From Mobula hypostoma (taxonomy: Eukaryota), in assembly GCF_963921235.1 (NCBI RefSeq), contig NC_086118.1, positions 30,008,001 to 30,072,000 of the forward strand: 64,000 nt of DNA, given 5' to 3'. Made by a program: the position numbers and the translations under genes. The notes under the pieces are model-generated. The model searched no databases, had not been told where the DNA came from, and saw nothing but the letters and a program-made list of their open reading frames with translations. The number at the start of each line of letters is the position of its first letter. The stretch's first letter is position 1. Below are positions 13,191 through 25,616 of the stretch, piece by piece.

Positions 13191-16100
13191 TCACCTCATT
13201 TACACTGCAGCCTTGAACACTTGAACACAGTACTGGAAAGCTCTCCACACGTAGTTAGTATCTTCCAGGAAACCTTCACACATCTGGTCAAAGATAGGGT
13301 TAAAGATGAGACATAACTGAGTTGAGCAGGGTATTAATAACAGAATGTAATTTTGACACTGCTATACTCTTATGTGGGAAGCTTTCAATTCAATAGTCTG
13401 CAAGTTTTCTTATATTTTACAGGGAGCCTGACATTCACCAAAAGTTTGTTTTTGGTGAATTATACCATTGCAAGGAAAATATCCTGAACAAAATATATTA
13501 TTTATTTATTCATAATGTTAGATTCCAGAGGCACTTATGTAAGAGCATGTATCATTGACAGATTTCTTTACCTAGAGGTTGCCTTTGAATGTTTTATTGA
13601 TAATCTGGTCTGCAATACTGATCTAAGTTTTAAATCTGGGTATTTGTTTAACTAATAAAAGCTAAGTGCTCCAGTATTGTTCCAGATATTGGCCTGGTAG
13701 TAGTTCAGATCTTTGGATTGTTGTTCCTGTAAGCTAACCACTATTGTATTCCACAGATGAGATGCCCACCCAGTTTTGAGCCTGCTCATCTCTGTGTTCC
13801 AAATTCTAAATAGGGCGTAGGTCACCTGACATTAAGAAGTTAATGTTACTGTGCACACAAATTTTACTGGTCTGACCAGTAATAGTACAACAGCAAATTC
13901 AATGTATTTTCAAGAATGAAGAAATTTAGAGAAGTAACAAATTTTTCAAAAATAGAAAAACATCTGGAGCCTATTTTACAGACTTTTGCCCAGTAATCAC
14001 AACGATGTTTAAGAATAGAAATCATATGAAATAGTGCCTATCATTTATCAGTTGACTCCTTTGGTGCAAGGTTGATCACAGTACCGTCCTTGATGTTATT
14101 AACTGTTTGGTGAAATCATCAGAGTGCAGAAATCCTGAACAACCAGACAAGCATGGCTGTTCTGAAATAAATATTGCTTCAATACCTGAGACGCCACGTA
14201 CTACAAGATTAGCAATTATTGGAATCCCGTTCTGTCATGCTGCATGTGCATTTTATAAAACCGGAACAACTAAAATCTATCAAGGTACAAAATGTGGCAG
14301 TGATGGTAGCATAGGTCTCGTAGCCAGACAAGACGGTAAAAATAACTGCTTGCTATATATTTCACAGCTTTGATGATGCGTTCAGAGTAATCACCCTGAT
14401 TTCACTTTCAGTAGCCAAATGACAGTGCTCACTGCTGACCTTGAAAGCTGTCGACAGAAACCTAGTAATCTCTGTGACGTGGAGTTTCTTCATCTGTCAC
14501 TGGTTGCTGTCAGGCATCAGTGAGACTAGGGATCCTTTGCTAGTATGAATGTAACCAGCATGTGAGATTATGTGGAAGAAAAATTAACATACATACATTA
14601 AAAAAAAACACAGAAAATAATGATCTGAGGGTGTTGCAAATAGTGAAACACACTTCTGCTTTATTTTTTCATTATTTGAGAGTTTGGCATTGTTAGCAAT
14701 TAACTTTAAACAATGAACTGCATGGTAATTTCAAGAGGATAGTTAGGAATCAACAACTTTAGTGGGTGAAGCAGATGGATTCTTACTACACTCCAGTAAT
14801 TTTGATGTCAGTGTTACAATGACAAGCACTTTTAAATATTTTACTGTATTTACTTTTTTTTGAAAGCTGTAGTAGTTGTTATGCTACACTTAAAGATTAA
14901 AATTCTGTTGCTACCTTAGTTGTACTCCATGAAAAACAAAGTATTTATTTTTTTCTCAGAGGGAGTAATCAGTCTATTGATTTTTGCAGATTAACTGAGA
15001 AGAGGTTGTAAAACAGTTCACAATGCAGAGAGGCAGGGAATTACGGATAGCAGCTTCTTGATTTTAACATTTAGTTACACATGTAAATGCATTCAGATGT
15101 TGCTGACAATATTTGACAGTTAGAACATAAAATCCTAATATCAAATTCAGTGATCAAGTCTGCCTTTTTTCCCCAACAGTTTGCCTTAATTTTTTTCAAA
15201 TAATGATAAATTTTTAAGGCCTTCCCTCATTTTATAGTATAATTTAGATTCTTTTACTATCTTCCGTCATGAAGCCCTAAAACAATAATTGCTCAGTCTT
15301 TGCTATTTCCTTTTTTTAATTAATTCCCCAGACAATAAGGGACCAAACTTTAGCTACACCTCCTTTGTTAATATATAGAATCCCTTACTTGTTTACTCAC
15401 TCTTAATTGTATTTTCTGGTTTTGAAATATTCTTAATTCCTGGGCCTGCCACGAAGTTTAGCAAAATGTTTATCTTTTCTTTCAATTTGATGGCATCCTT
15501 AATTTCTTCAAAATGAATAATAGAGATGCATCATCATTCTCAAAGTGCCTGTCATTTTCAGTAGAATACATCTTTATTGAGAATTAAAATGTTATATTTC
15601 TTTACAGTCTACCACTTAATAACTCGTATAACTTCTTTTTTAATGTAACTTCCCTGCCCAGTTCAGCTATTTCTGCTAGGATACCTTTATAATTGCCAAT
15701 ATAATTCAAGATGTGGCTTTTAGACCCTTGCTTCACACTCTCAATCTGAGTGTGAAGCTCTATCATATTACAATGTCCTTGACATGGATATCATTAAGTA
15801 ATTCTGTCTCTACAGGTAACTAGCTCAAAAGAAGCCTATTCTCCAGTTGTCTCCACAGTTTACTCTTCTCTTTTGTGCTTCTTGCCCAATTTAAAAAAAA
15901 AATCTGGCTTCCATTTGAGTACTACTAGTTTCCTAATCTCCACAACCCTCTGGAGTAGAGAATCCTAGAGATTCACTATGTACAAAATTCCTGTGATTTT
16001 GGTTTTCAATGACATTTCCCTTGTCATGTTTAACTATGCTCTCTTTTTCAAGGTTCTCCTGATGGTGGAAACATCTAAACATCTACCTTGTCATTCCCTT

Positions 16101-16309
16101 GAGAATCTAATATGTTTCAATGAAATCACCACTTATTCTTTTAAACTCCAAAGAATACAGCTTCTTATTTCAACGTTTATACTCCCATACATTGGTAGTT
16201 AGGAAATATTAGGATTCAGACCCAGAGGAAGGTATGAGAATAGAAGGGGAATATGGAGATAGTGCTGCTCCCAGACATCTGTTGTTCCTGTCTTCTTCAA
16301 GGAAGAGTG

Positions 16310-16995
16310 ATCTGGTATGTTGTCCTTCATTTGTCGGAGGATTGACTTCAAGAGCAGCGAGGTAATATTGCAGCTCTATAAAACCCTGGTTAGCCCACAC
16401 CTGGAATGTTGTGATTAGTTCTGATCACCTCATTATAGGAAAGATGTGGAAGCTGTTCGGTGTTCTGCTCTTCCATCTGTTGTAGTGGAACGTTAGTCTT
16501 CTGCAACTGCTCAATGGTAGTTGTGTGAATATAGCACGGCCCAGATGGTACCACCTTTGATGGTGTATGTTGCTTTCTTCAGGCACATTCAAGACAGTGT
16601 GTTGAAGAGCGATGGAGGATGAGAGGTGACCTGATGGAGGTGTATAAGTTGATGAGAGTCATCGATCGTATGGATAGTCAGAGGCTTTTTCCCGAGGCTG
16701 AATTGACTAACACGAGAGGGAACAGTTTTAAGGTGCTTGGGAGTAGGTACAGAGGAGATGTCAGGGGTAAGTTTTTTACGCAGAGACTGGTGAGTGTGTG
16801 GAATGGACTGCCGGCGATAGTGGTGGAGGCAGATACAATAGGGTCTCTTAAGAACTCCTGGATAGGTACACGGAACTTAGAAAAGTAGAGGGCTATGGGT
16901 AACCCTAAGTAATTTCTAAAGTAAGTACATGTTCGGCACAGAATGGGCCGAAGGGCCTGTATTGTGCTGTAGGTTTTCTATGTTTCTATGTTTTT
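16310..16995 (+). mobile_element. Two CR1 3' fragments (about 16310-16455 and 16610-16995)
   Basis: LYKTLVSPHLE-like piece; ORF 16619-16888 MRGDLMEVYK...FFTQRLVSVWN; (TTCTATGT)n tail. Confidence 0.85.
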
Positions 16996-19249
16996 ATATG
17001 CTTGGATGGTGCACGCAGTACACACCACAGTCGTTGTCCTCCAGTAGTGGAGGGAACGTACAATTGGTGTGACTAATTGAAGGTGATGGTGATGGCACAA
17101 ATGTGGTAGCACGGTGGTGCAACCAGAAGACTTTGGAGTGTTTGCAAATCACTAATTTTGTATATGATTTTCCCTAAAACTGGATGAATGGAGAGAGTGA
17201 ATGATAAGGAAGTGAATGAATCTTAGAAATTGACACAAGAGTGAAACATAGTTTTAATTTCACTGAAGAAGGTGTAAAATAACATCTTCAAAGTATATGA
17301 CCATAAGACTGAAAGACATAGGAGCAGAATTAGGCCATTTGGCCATCAAGTCTGCCTGCCATTTCATCATTTCTCTCTCAACCCCATCATCCTCCCTTTT
17401 CCTGGTAACCTTTCACTCCTTGACTAATCAAAAACATATCAACTTCTGCCTTAAGTGCACTCAATGATCTGGCCTCCATGGCTGCCCGTGTCAACGAGTT
17501 CCACAGATTTACCACACCCTGGCTAGAAAAATTCCTTCTCACCTCCATTCTTAATGGACGTCCCTCTACTCGGAGGCTGTGCCCCTTGGTCATAGACTCT
17601 CCACGATAGGAAACATCCTCTCCACATCCACTCTGTCTATATCTTTCAACATTCAATAGATTTCAGTGAGAGGGAAATAATGAGATGAATGCTAACATTT
17701 CATTTTTCTTCCACATCACCGACTCAACCTGCAAGTTAACCTTTGGGGAATCCTACAGGAGGACACCCAGGTCATTTTGCACATTGGATTTTTGAACTTT
17801 CTCTCTGTTTGGAAAATAATCTATGCTTTTATTCCATATACAAAAGTGCATGACCATACACTTCACAACACTGAATTCCACTTGCCGCTTCTGTGTCCAT
17901 TCTTCTAATCGGTTCAAGTTCTTTTGCAGCCTCCGTGGTTCCTTAGCACTACCTGCCTCTTGATCTATCTTTGAATCGACTGCAGCCTTGGCCATGAAGC
18001 CATCAATTCCATCCTACAAATAATTGACATACAACATAAAAAGGAGTGGCTCCAACACTGATCTTTGTGGAACACCATTAGTCACCGGCAGCCAATAAGA
18101 AAGGGCCTCCTTTATTCCCACTCTTCGCCTCCTGCCATTCAGCCAATACTCTATCCATGCTAGTATTTTTTTTCAGTAATACCATGGGCATTTATTTTGT
18201 TAATCAGCTTCATGTGTGATATCTTGTCAAAGGTCTTCTGAAACTCCAAGTACACAACATCCACCAATCCCTTTTTGTCTATCCTGCTTGTTATTTCCTC
18301 AAAGATTACCAACAGATTTGTTCAGCAAGATCTTCCCCTAAAGAAACAATGCTGACTTTGACCTATTTTACCATGTGCCTCCAAGTACCCTGAAACCTCA
18401 TCCTTAACAATCGGCTCTAATATCTTCCCAACCACGGAGGTCAGGCTAACTGGCCTATAATTTCCTTTCTTCTGCCGCTCTCCCTCCTTGAAGAATGGAG
18501 TGACAATTGCAATTTTTTAGTCCTCTGGAACTATGCCAGAATCTAGTGATTCTTGAAAGATCATTACTAATGCCTCCACATCTCTTCAGCCACCTCTTTC
18601 ACCTCTACACCCTGGGGTGTAGTCCATCTGTTTCAGGTGACTTATCTACCTTCAAATCTTTCAGTTTTCCAAGCACTTTTTCCCTAGTAATAGCAATTGC
18701 ACTCACTTCTGCCCCCGGACACTCTTGAACAATTGGTATACTGCTAGTGTCTTCCATATTGAAGTATTTAGTTCATTTGTCATTTCCTTGTCCCCTATTA
18801 CTAACTCTTCAGCTACATTTTCTGGTGGTACAATATTGTGGCGAGCGTTTGGTCCATAAAGACAGACAGAGAAGCTCATTGAACTCAACAACTGTTTTAT
18901 TGTGATAAACACAAAACAGACCGGACCCCATGACCTGGAGAGTGAACCCAGCCAGTCTCATACAAACGGGGGAGGCGACCATCACACACCCTGGTTACAG
19001 TTACTGTGACCCACAAATAGACAAGCAAATAACTGTATAACCCAAAGCTAAAACGTAACGATAAATGAACTGGAACTTCTTACCATAACCCCACAAAAGC
19101 ATTTCAACACAAGAACAGAAAAGAGCACTGGTCATTAGACATGTGGGGGGGGGGGCGGGGTGGCTGTCAACCACCCCCGCCCTGAGTGTCACACTGCCCC
19201 CACCCGAGAGGCCAGCCATCCCCAGCAACCCCAGAGTTCTAAACAAAGT

Positions 19250-20529
19250 CCGAAGGTCCCAGTGGGTGTTGATACTACCGCCTGTTTGTGTGTGGCAAGA
19301 GGCAGGGCACCCAGAGTGTCACTTCCTTCCTTCAGCTTGGCTGGGTTAGTGGTGGCCAAGGGCTGACACGGCGCCAGCTGGTCCCAGTGTAGCACGACTG
19401 CCTTCTGCCGCTCAGGCAACCGTACCCGATGTTCCACATCGGAGATGTGGTCAAGCACCTCTCCTGATGTCTTCCAGTGGCTTTCAAGCCTGGGAGATAG
19501 TCCCTTCAGGGAAACGTCGAGGGAATGTAGACCCATATTGGGGCCCCCATTGGCACCCTAGACTGGTGGTCTGGCCTCTTCTGGGATGTGCAAGCATGAA
19601 CAGCTCTACATCCTGATGTAGCCAGGCCAGTAGAAGTTTTCACGCAGCCTGCCCAACGTCTTTGCAAGTCCGGAATGGCTGGCCCCCACCAGATCTCGCA
19701 CAGAATGTAGCACCATGGCACTGAGTGTCCGGGGGACAACCAGATGCGAGAGATGTCTATCACCACTGGATAACTGCCACCGCCGGAACACCAACCCGTT
19801 GCGTACCTCTAGTGTTCCCCACTGCAAGTATAGTGCTTTGGTCTCTGGGTCCACCCACTCCAGCCATTGTCCCACGCTCAGCCATTTCCTTACCCGGGCC
19901 AGTACGGGATCGTTCACCTGCTCACTGTGCAGCTGTTTATGGTCCACAGTGGGGAGGTTGTCATCTGAAGCACTGTTGCCGTTGCTTACCTGTGTTTCAA
20001 CTGTGTTGTGCTGGGCTGCTGTCAGGTGTGCTGCCCTGCCATGGGCCGCTGTGAAACCGATCATGGTTGTTTCCCTCACTGGGTCTGCTTCCTGGAGCTC
20101 CCCCTGCTGGAGAGCCACGGCTTCAGCACTGAGGTAGAGTGTTGCCCCCAGCACATCCCCACGGGCCCTCTAGCGAGACAGCAGGTCCAGGCCAATGATG
20201 CAGGACTCCCGGATGTCAGCGAGCCACATCTTGTGCTCTGCTGTGTTTCTCCCCACTGTGATGCGCAGCCTCCTCTTCCCTTTCATCGCCGCACAGTCGC
20301 CGGTGATCGTAGCCAGCTGGATTATTGTTGTTCAGCCAGGCGGGGATGGCCGGTCCATGCTGGGGAGAAAACCCGGACGGATGATAGTGATGGTTGACCC
20401 CGTATCCACCAACGCACGGCATCTGATGCCCTCCAGCACGCAGACCACATATAAACCTTGTTCCTCACTCAAACAGCCCACCCGGAGGCGCGAAACTGGA
20501 GAGGTTCTGCTGCAGGATTGGGGCTGCAC
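19250..20529 (-). pseudogene. Deleted Gypsy pol: protease, integrase zinc-binding region and integrase C-terminus only
   Basis: ALVDTGSTITIIRP; QVNDPVLARVRKWL...LVVP...HSGLAKTLGRLRENFYWPG; KGLSPRLESHWK...VVLHWDQLAP. No YxDD RT motif and no DDE core seen. Confidence 0.8.
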
Positions 20530-20636
20530 TGCCAGCTCAGTGTTTCCCGATGGGGGCGTTGGGAGAGGCGTGGTGCTGGTGCGGGGTGATCCTGGGCTGA
20601 ATGGCCTGCCTCACTGCACCGGTAGCAGAGGCCGTT

Positions 20637-21512
20637 TCATGGCCAGCGTGGCGCTGGTCGGATCCGTCTCATGGACTCCTCCTCGTCGCTTTCCTCCTCA
20701 CCCACAGTGACACAAACCCTGGCTTGCTGCGAGCGGGGTGATGCTGGAACATTTTGAGGGGCTAAAATTGCTTCTGCCCTCTCCACCTTGGCCTGGGCCT
20801 CGTCCAGCGATGATGGCGACGTCAGGTGAAGTTGCTGCTGAAGGCGCTCCGGCGTCAGTGCCTTTACAAAGGCGTGGACAGCAAGCTCTTCCTGGGCCGC
20901 GAGACGGAACTCAGGGTAGCCATGCTGAGGCAAGGGGCGGAGATCTGCTGCAAGCGCCCTCAAATTTTCTCCCATACGGCGCCATCTGCTGCACAGTTCT
21001 TCCCTCATTGATCCCACCCATGGCCTCCGCTTGAAACACCACTCCGGTGCAACTACAAAGGCCCTGTAGTCACGCTGCTCTGGCGGCGTTAGGTCGAGGA
21101 GGGCCTGCAGGACATCTCCCTCCAGTGCCAGGGCATGGTGCACCACTGTCTTGATGGGGCTCCATCCATTGTGCCATGCAGCAAGTTTGACTTGCACCAG
21201 GTAAGGCTCCAGCCATTGTATCTGGGGAGCTCCAGGGTAGACCTTGAGGCGCAAATCATCAGGACATTTTGACCTTCCTCTTGCTCTGATGGCATCTGTC
21301 ATGGTGCCTATCCTCCCATGGCTGTGGCGTCTCGAGTTCCCCGGTGCGGGTCGCGACAGAGATGAGTGATTGACTCCGCTCTGACTCTGGGTTGGGGAGC
21401 CTGGGTACACTTGCTCTGTCGGGGCTCCCTGAGAAGGCACAATGCTCTGTTCCCAGGTCCTCCCTCCGGGTCTCGCCTTCATGAGCCCTGTCTGTGGGTG
21501 CGGGAGAGGCAT
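20637..21512 (-). pseudogene. Gypsy gag-like ORF (291 aa open frame)
   Basis: Lies just downstream of the PBS; WLEPYLVQVKLAAWHNGWS and ELAVHAFVKALTPERLQ are capsid-like. Confidence 0.75.
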
Positions 21513-21900
21513 ACTGCTCGGACCCTTGTCTTATTCCTCAGGTGTTAAGGCACTCTATCTGACTTCATAGCTCTTCAATCTTGTCATCGATCTCGCATCC
21601 CACTCCTGACACCAATGTGGCAAGCATTTGGTCCATAATGACAGACGAGGAAGCTCGTTGAACTCAATAAACACAAAACAGACCGGACACCATGATCCTG
21701 AGAGTGAACCCAACCAGTCTCACACTGACGAGGGAGGTGACCATCACACACCCTGGTTACAGTCCAGGTGACCCACAAATACACAACTGAATAACTGTAT
21801 AACCCAAGCTAAAATGTATAACCATATAACCATTTAACAATTACAGCACGAAAACAGGCCATCTTGGCCCTTCTAGTCCGTGCCGAACTCTTACTCTCAC

Positions 21901-24760
21901 CTAGTCCCACTGACCTGCACTCGGCCCATAACCCTTCATTCCTTTCCTGTCCATATAGCTATCCAATTTAACTTTAAACGACAACATCGAACCTGCCTCA
22001 ACCACTTCTGCTGGAAACTCGTTCCACACAGCTACCACTCTCTGAGTAAAGAAGTTCCCCCTCATGTTACCCCTAAACTTTTGTCCTTTAACTCTCAACT
22101 CATGTCCTCTTGTTTGAATCTCCCCCACTCTCATTTGAAAAAGCCTATCCACGTCAACTCAATCTATCCCCCTCATAATTTTAAATACCTCTATCAAGTC
22201 CCCTCTCAACCTTCTACGCTCCAAAGAATAAAGACCCAACTTGTTCAACCTTTCTCTGTAACTTAAGTGATGAAACCCAGGTAACATTCTAGTAAATCTT
22301 CTCTGCACTCTCTCTATTTTGTTGACATCTTTCCTATGATTCAGTGACCAGAACTGTACACAATACTCCAAATTTGGCCTTACCAATGCCTTGTACAATT
22401 TCAACATTACATCCCAACCCCTATACTCAATGCTCTGATTTATAAAGGCCAGCATACCAAAAGCTTTCTTCACCACCCTAGCCACATGAGATTCCACCTT
22501 CAGGGAACTCTGCACCATTATTTCTCGATCCCTCTGTTCTACTGCAAACTTCAATGCCCTACCATTTACCATGTATGTCCTGTTTTGATTGGTCCTACCA
22601 AAATGTAGCACCTCACATTTATCAATATTAAACTCCATCTGCCATCTTTCAGCCCACTCTTCTAACTGGCCTAAATCTCTCTGCAAGCTTTGAAAACCTA
22701 CTTCATTATCCACAACTCCACCAATCTTAGTATCATTTGCATACTTACTAATCCAATTTACCACCCCATCATCCAGATCATTAACGTATATGACAAACAA
22801 CATTGGACCCAGTACAGATTCCTGAGGCACACCACTAGTCACCGGCCTCCAATTTGACAAACAGTTATCCACCACTACTCTCTGGCATCTCCCATACAGC
22901 CACTGCTGAATCCATTTTACTCCTTCAATATTAATACCTAACGATTGAACCTTCCTAACTAACCTTCCATGCGGAACCTTGTCAAAGGCTTTACTAAAGT
23001 CCATATAGACAACATCCACCGCTTTACCCTTGTCAAGTTTCCTAGTAACCTCTTCAAAAAATTCAATAAGATTTGTCAAACATGACCTACCACGCACAAA
23101 TCCATGTTGACTGTTCCTAATCAGACCCTGTCTATTCAGATAATTATATATACCATCTCTAAGAATACTTTCCATTAATTTACCCACCACTGACGTCAAA
23201 CTCACAGGCCGATAATTGCTAGGTTTACTCTTAGAACGCTTTTTAAACAATGGAACAACATGAGCAATATGCCAATCCTCTGGCGCCATCCCCATTTCTA
23301 ATGACATTTGAACTATTTCTGTCAGAGCCCCTGCTAGTTCCACACTAACTTCGCTCAAGGTCCTAGGGAATATCCTGTCAGGACCCAGAGATTTATCCAC
23401 TTTTATATTCCTTAAAAGCGCCAGTATTTCCCCTTCTTTAATCAGCATAGTTTCCATAACTTCCCTACCTGTTTCCCTTATCTTACACAATTCAATATCC
23501 TTCTCCCTAGTGAATACCAAAGAAAAGAACTTGTTCAGAATCTCCCCTATCTCTTTTGGCTGCATACATAGCTGTCCACTCTGATTCTCTAAGGGACCAA
23601 TTTTATCCCTCACTATCCTTTTGCTGTTAATATAACTGTAGAAACCCTTGGGATTTATTTTCACCTTACTTGCCAAAGCAACCTCATATTTTCTTTTAGC
23701 TTTCTAATTTCTTTCTTAAGATACTTCTTACATTCTTTATATTCCTCAAGCACCTCATTCACTCCATGCTGCCTATATTTATTGAAGATATCTCTCTTTT
23801 TCCAAACCAAGTTTCCAATATCCCTTGAAAACCATGGCTCTCTCAAATTTTTAACCTTTCCTTTCAACTTAACAGGAACATAAGGATTCTGTACCCTCAA
23901 AATTTCACCTTTAAATGACCTCCATTTCTCTGTTGTATCCTTCCCATAAAACAAATTGTCCCAATCCACTCCTTTTAAATCCTTTCACATCTCCTCAAAG
24001 TTAGCCTTTCTCCAATCAAAAATCTCAACCCTGGGTCCAGACCTATCCTTCTCCATAATTATATTGAAACTAATGGCATTGTGATCACTGGACCTGAAGT
24101 GCTCCCCAACACAAACCTCCGTCACCTGACCTACCTCATTCCTTAACAGGATATCCAACACTGCCCCTTCTCTAGTTGGTACCTCTATGTATTGCTGCAA
24201 AAAATTATCCTGTACACATTTTACAAACACCAAACCATCCAGCCCTTTTACAGTATGGACCTCCCAGTCTATGTGTGGAAAATTAAAATCTCTCAGAATC
24301 GCAACCTTGTGCTTACTACAAATATCTGCTATCTCCTTACAAATTTTCTCCTCCAATTCTTGCTCCCCATTTGGTGGTCTATAATACACCCCCATCAGCG
24401 TTGCTACACCTTTCCTATTCCTCAATTCCACCCAAATGGCCTCCCTAGACGAGCCCTCTAATCTATCCTGCCAGAGGACTGCTATAATATTTTCTCTGAC
24501 AAGCAATGCAACACCCCGCCCCCCCCCCGTCCCTCCAATTCTATCGCACCTGAAGCAATTAAATCCAGGAATATTTATTTGCCAGTCACACCCCTCCTGT
24601 AACCATGTTTCACTAATAGCTACCAATCCATGCTTTAAGTTCATCCACCTTTCTTATAATGCTCCTAGCATTAAAATAAATGCATTTAAGAAATTTTCCA
24701 CCCCTTACTCTCTGTTTATCACTAATGGTGTAAACAACTTTACTATTTTCTTTTTCTTCC
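21901..24760 (-). pseudogene. CR1 ORF2 (APE endonuclease plus reverse transcriptase), frameshifted
   Basis: VAISETW, GVYYRPP, DFNFP, SDHNAI (endonuclease); NYRPVSLTS, QHGF, YMDFSKAFDKVPH, PQESVLGP, YANDTK (catalytic DD mutated). Confidence 0.95.
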
Positions 24761-24809
24761 TTTTCCCCTACATTTGTTCCTACACTCTGGTTCCCCTCCC
24801 CCCTTGCAT

Positions 24810-25616
24810 CTAGTTTAAATCCACTGGAGCCTCTCTAGTAAACCTACCTGCAAGAATATTTGTCCCCTTCCAGTTCAGATGTAAACCGTCCCGCAGGAAC
24901 AGGTCCCACCTTCCCTGGAAAACTGCCCAATTATCTATAAATCTGAAGCTCTCCCTCCTGCACCATGTCTTCAGCCACATGTTGATCTGCGCTATCTTAC
25001 TATTTCTAAACCCACCTGTACGTAGCACTGGTAGCAATCCTGAGATTGCTATCCTGGAGGTCCTGTCCTTTAACTTGGCGCCTAATTCCCTGAACTCACC
25101 TTTCAGGTCCTCCTCACTCTTCCTACCTACGTCATTGGTCCCTAGGTGGACCACGACATCTGGCTGCTCACCCTCCCTCTTGAGAATACTGAGAACTCGA
25201 TCCAAGATATCGCGGACCTTGGCACCAGGGAGGCAACAGACCATCCGGGATTCTCGATCTCTTCCACAGAACCTCTTATCTGTCCCCCTAACTATCAAAT
25301 CCCCTATCACTACTGCTCTCCTCTTTTCCGTCCTTCCCTTCTGAGCTGAGGGTCCTGCCTCGGTGCCAGAGACGCAACCACTGCAACTTGTCCCTGGTAG
25401 GTCATCCCCATCAAGTGTATCCAAAACGATGTACTTATTATTGGTGGGAATGGCCACAGGGGTACTCTGCTCATTCTGTCTATTCCCCTTCCCTCTCCTG
25501 ACAGTCACCCAGCTACCTGTCTCCTGACTCTTAGGGGTGACTATCTCCCTGTAACTCCTGCCTATTTCTGCCTCTGCCTCCCGAATGATCCAAAGTTCAT
25601 CCAGCTCCAGCTCCAA
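24810..25616 (-). pseudogene. CR1 ORF1 with SGNH/GDSL esterase domain, 5'-truncated
   Basis: VVIGDLIVR (~GDS), CLPGAKV, VHLGTND and DGLHLN esterase blocks. Confidence 0.9.

Larger units (their letters stand above)
21819..25616 (-). mobile_element. Young, almost full-length CR1 LINE inserted in the Gypsy LTR
   Basis: (ATGGTTAT)-like tail at 21819-21838; ORF2 in four frameshifted pieces; ORF1 24810-25616. The LTR resumes at 25617. Confidence 0.95.
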
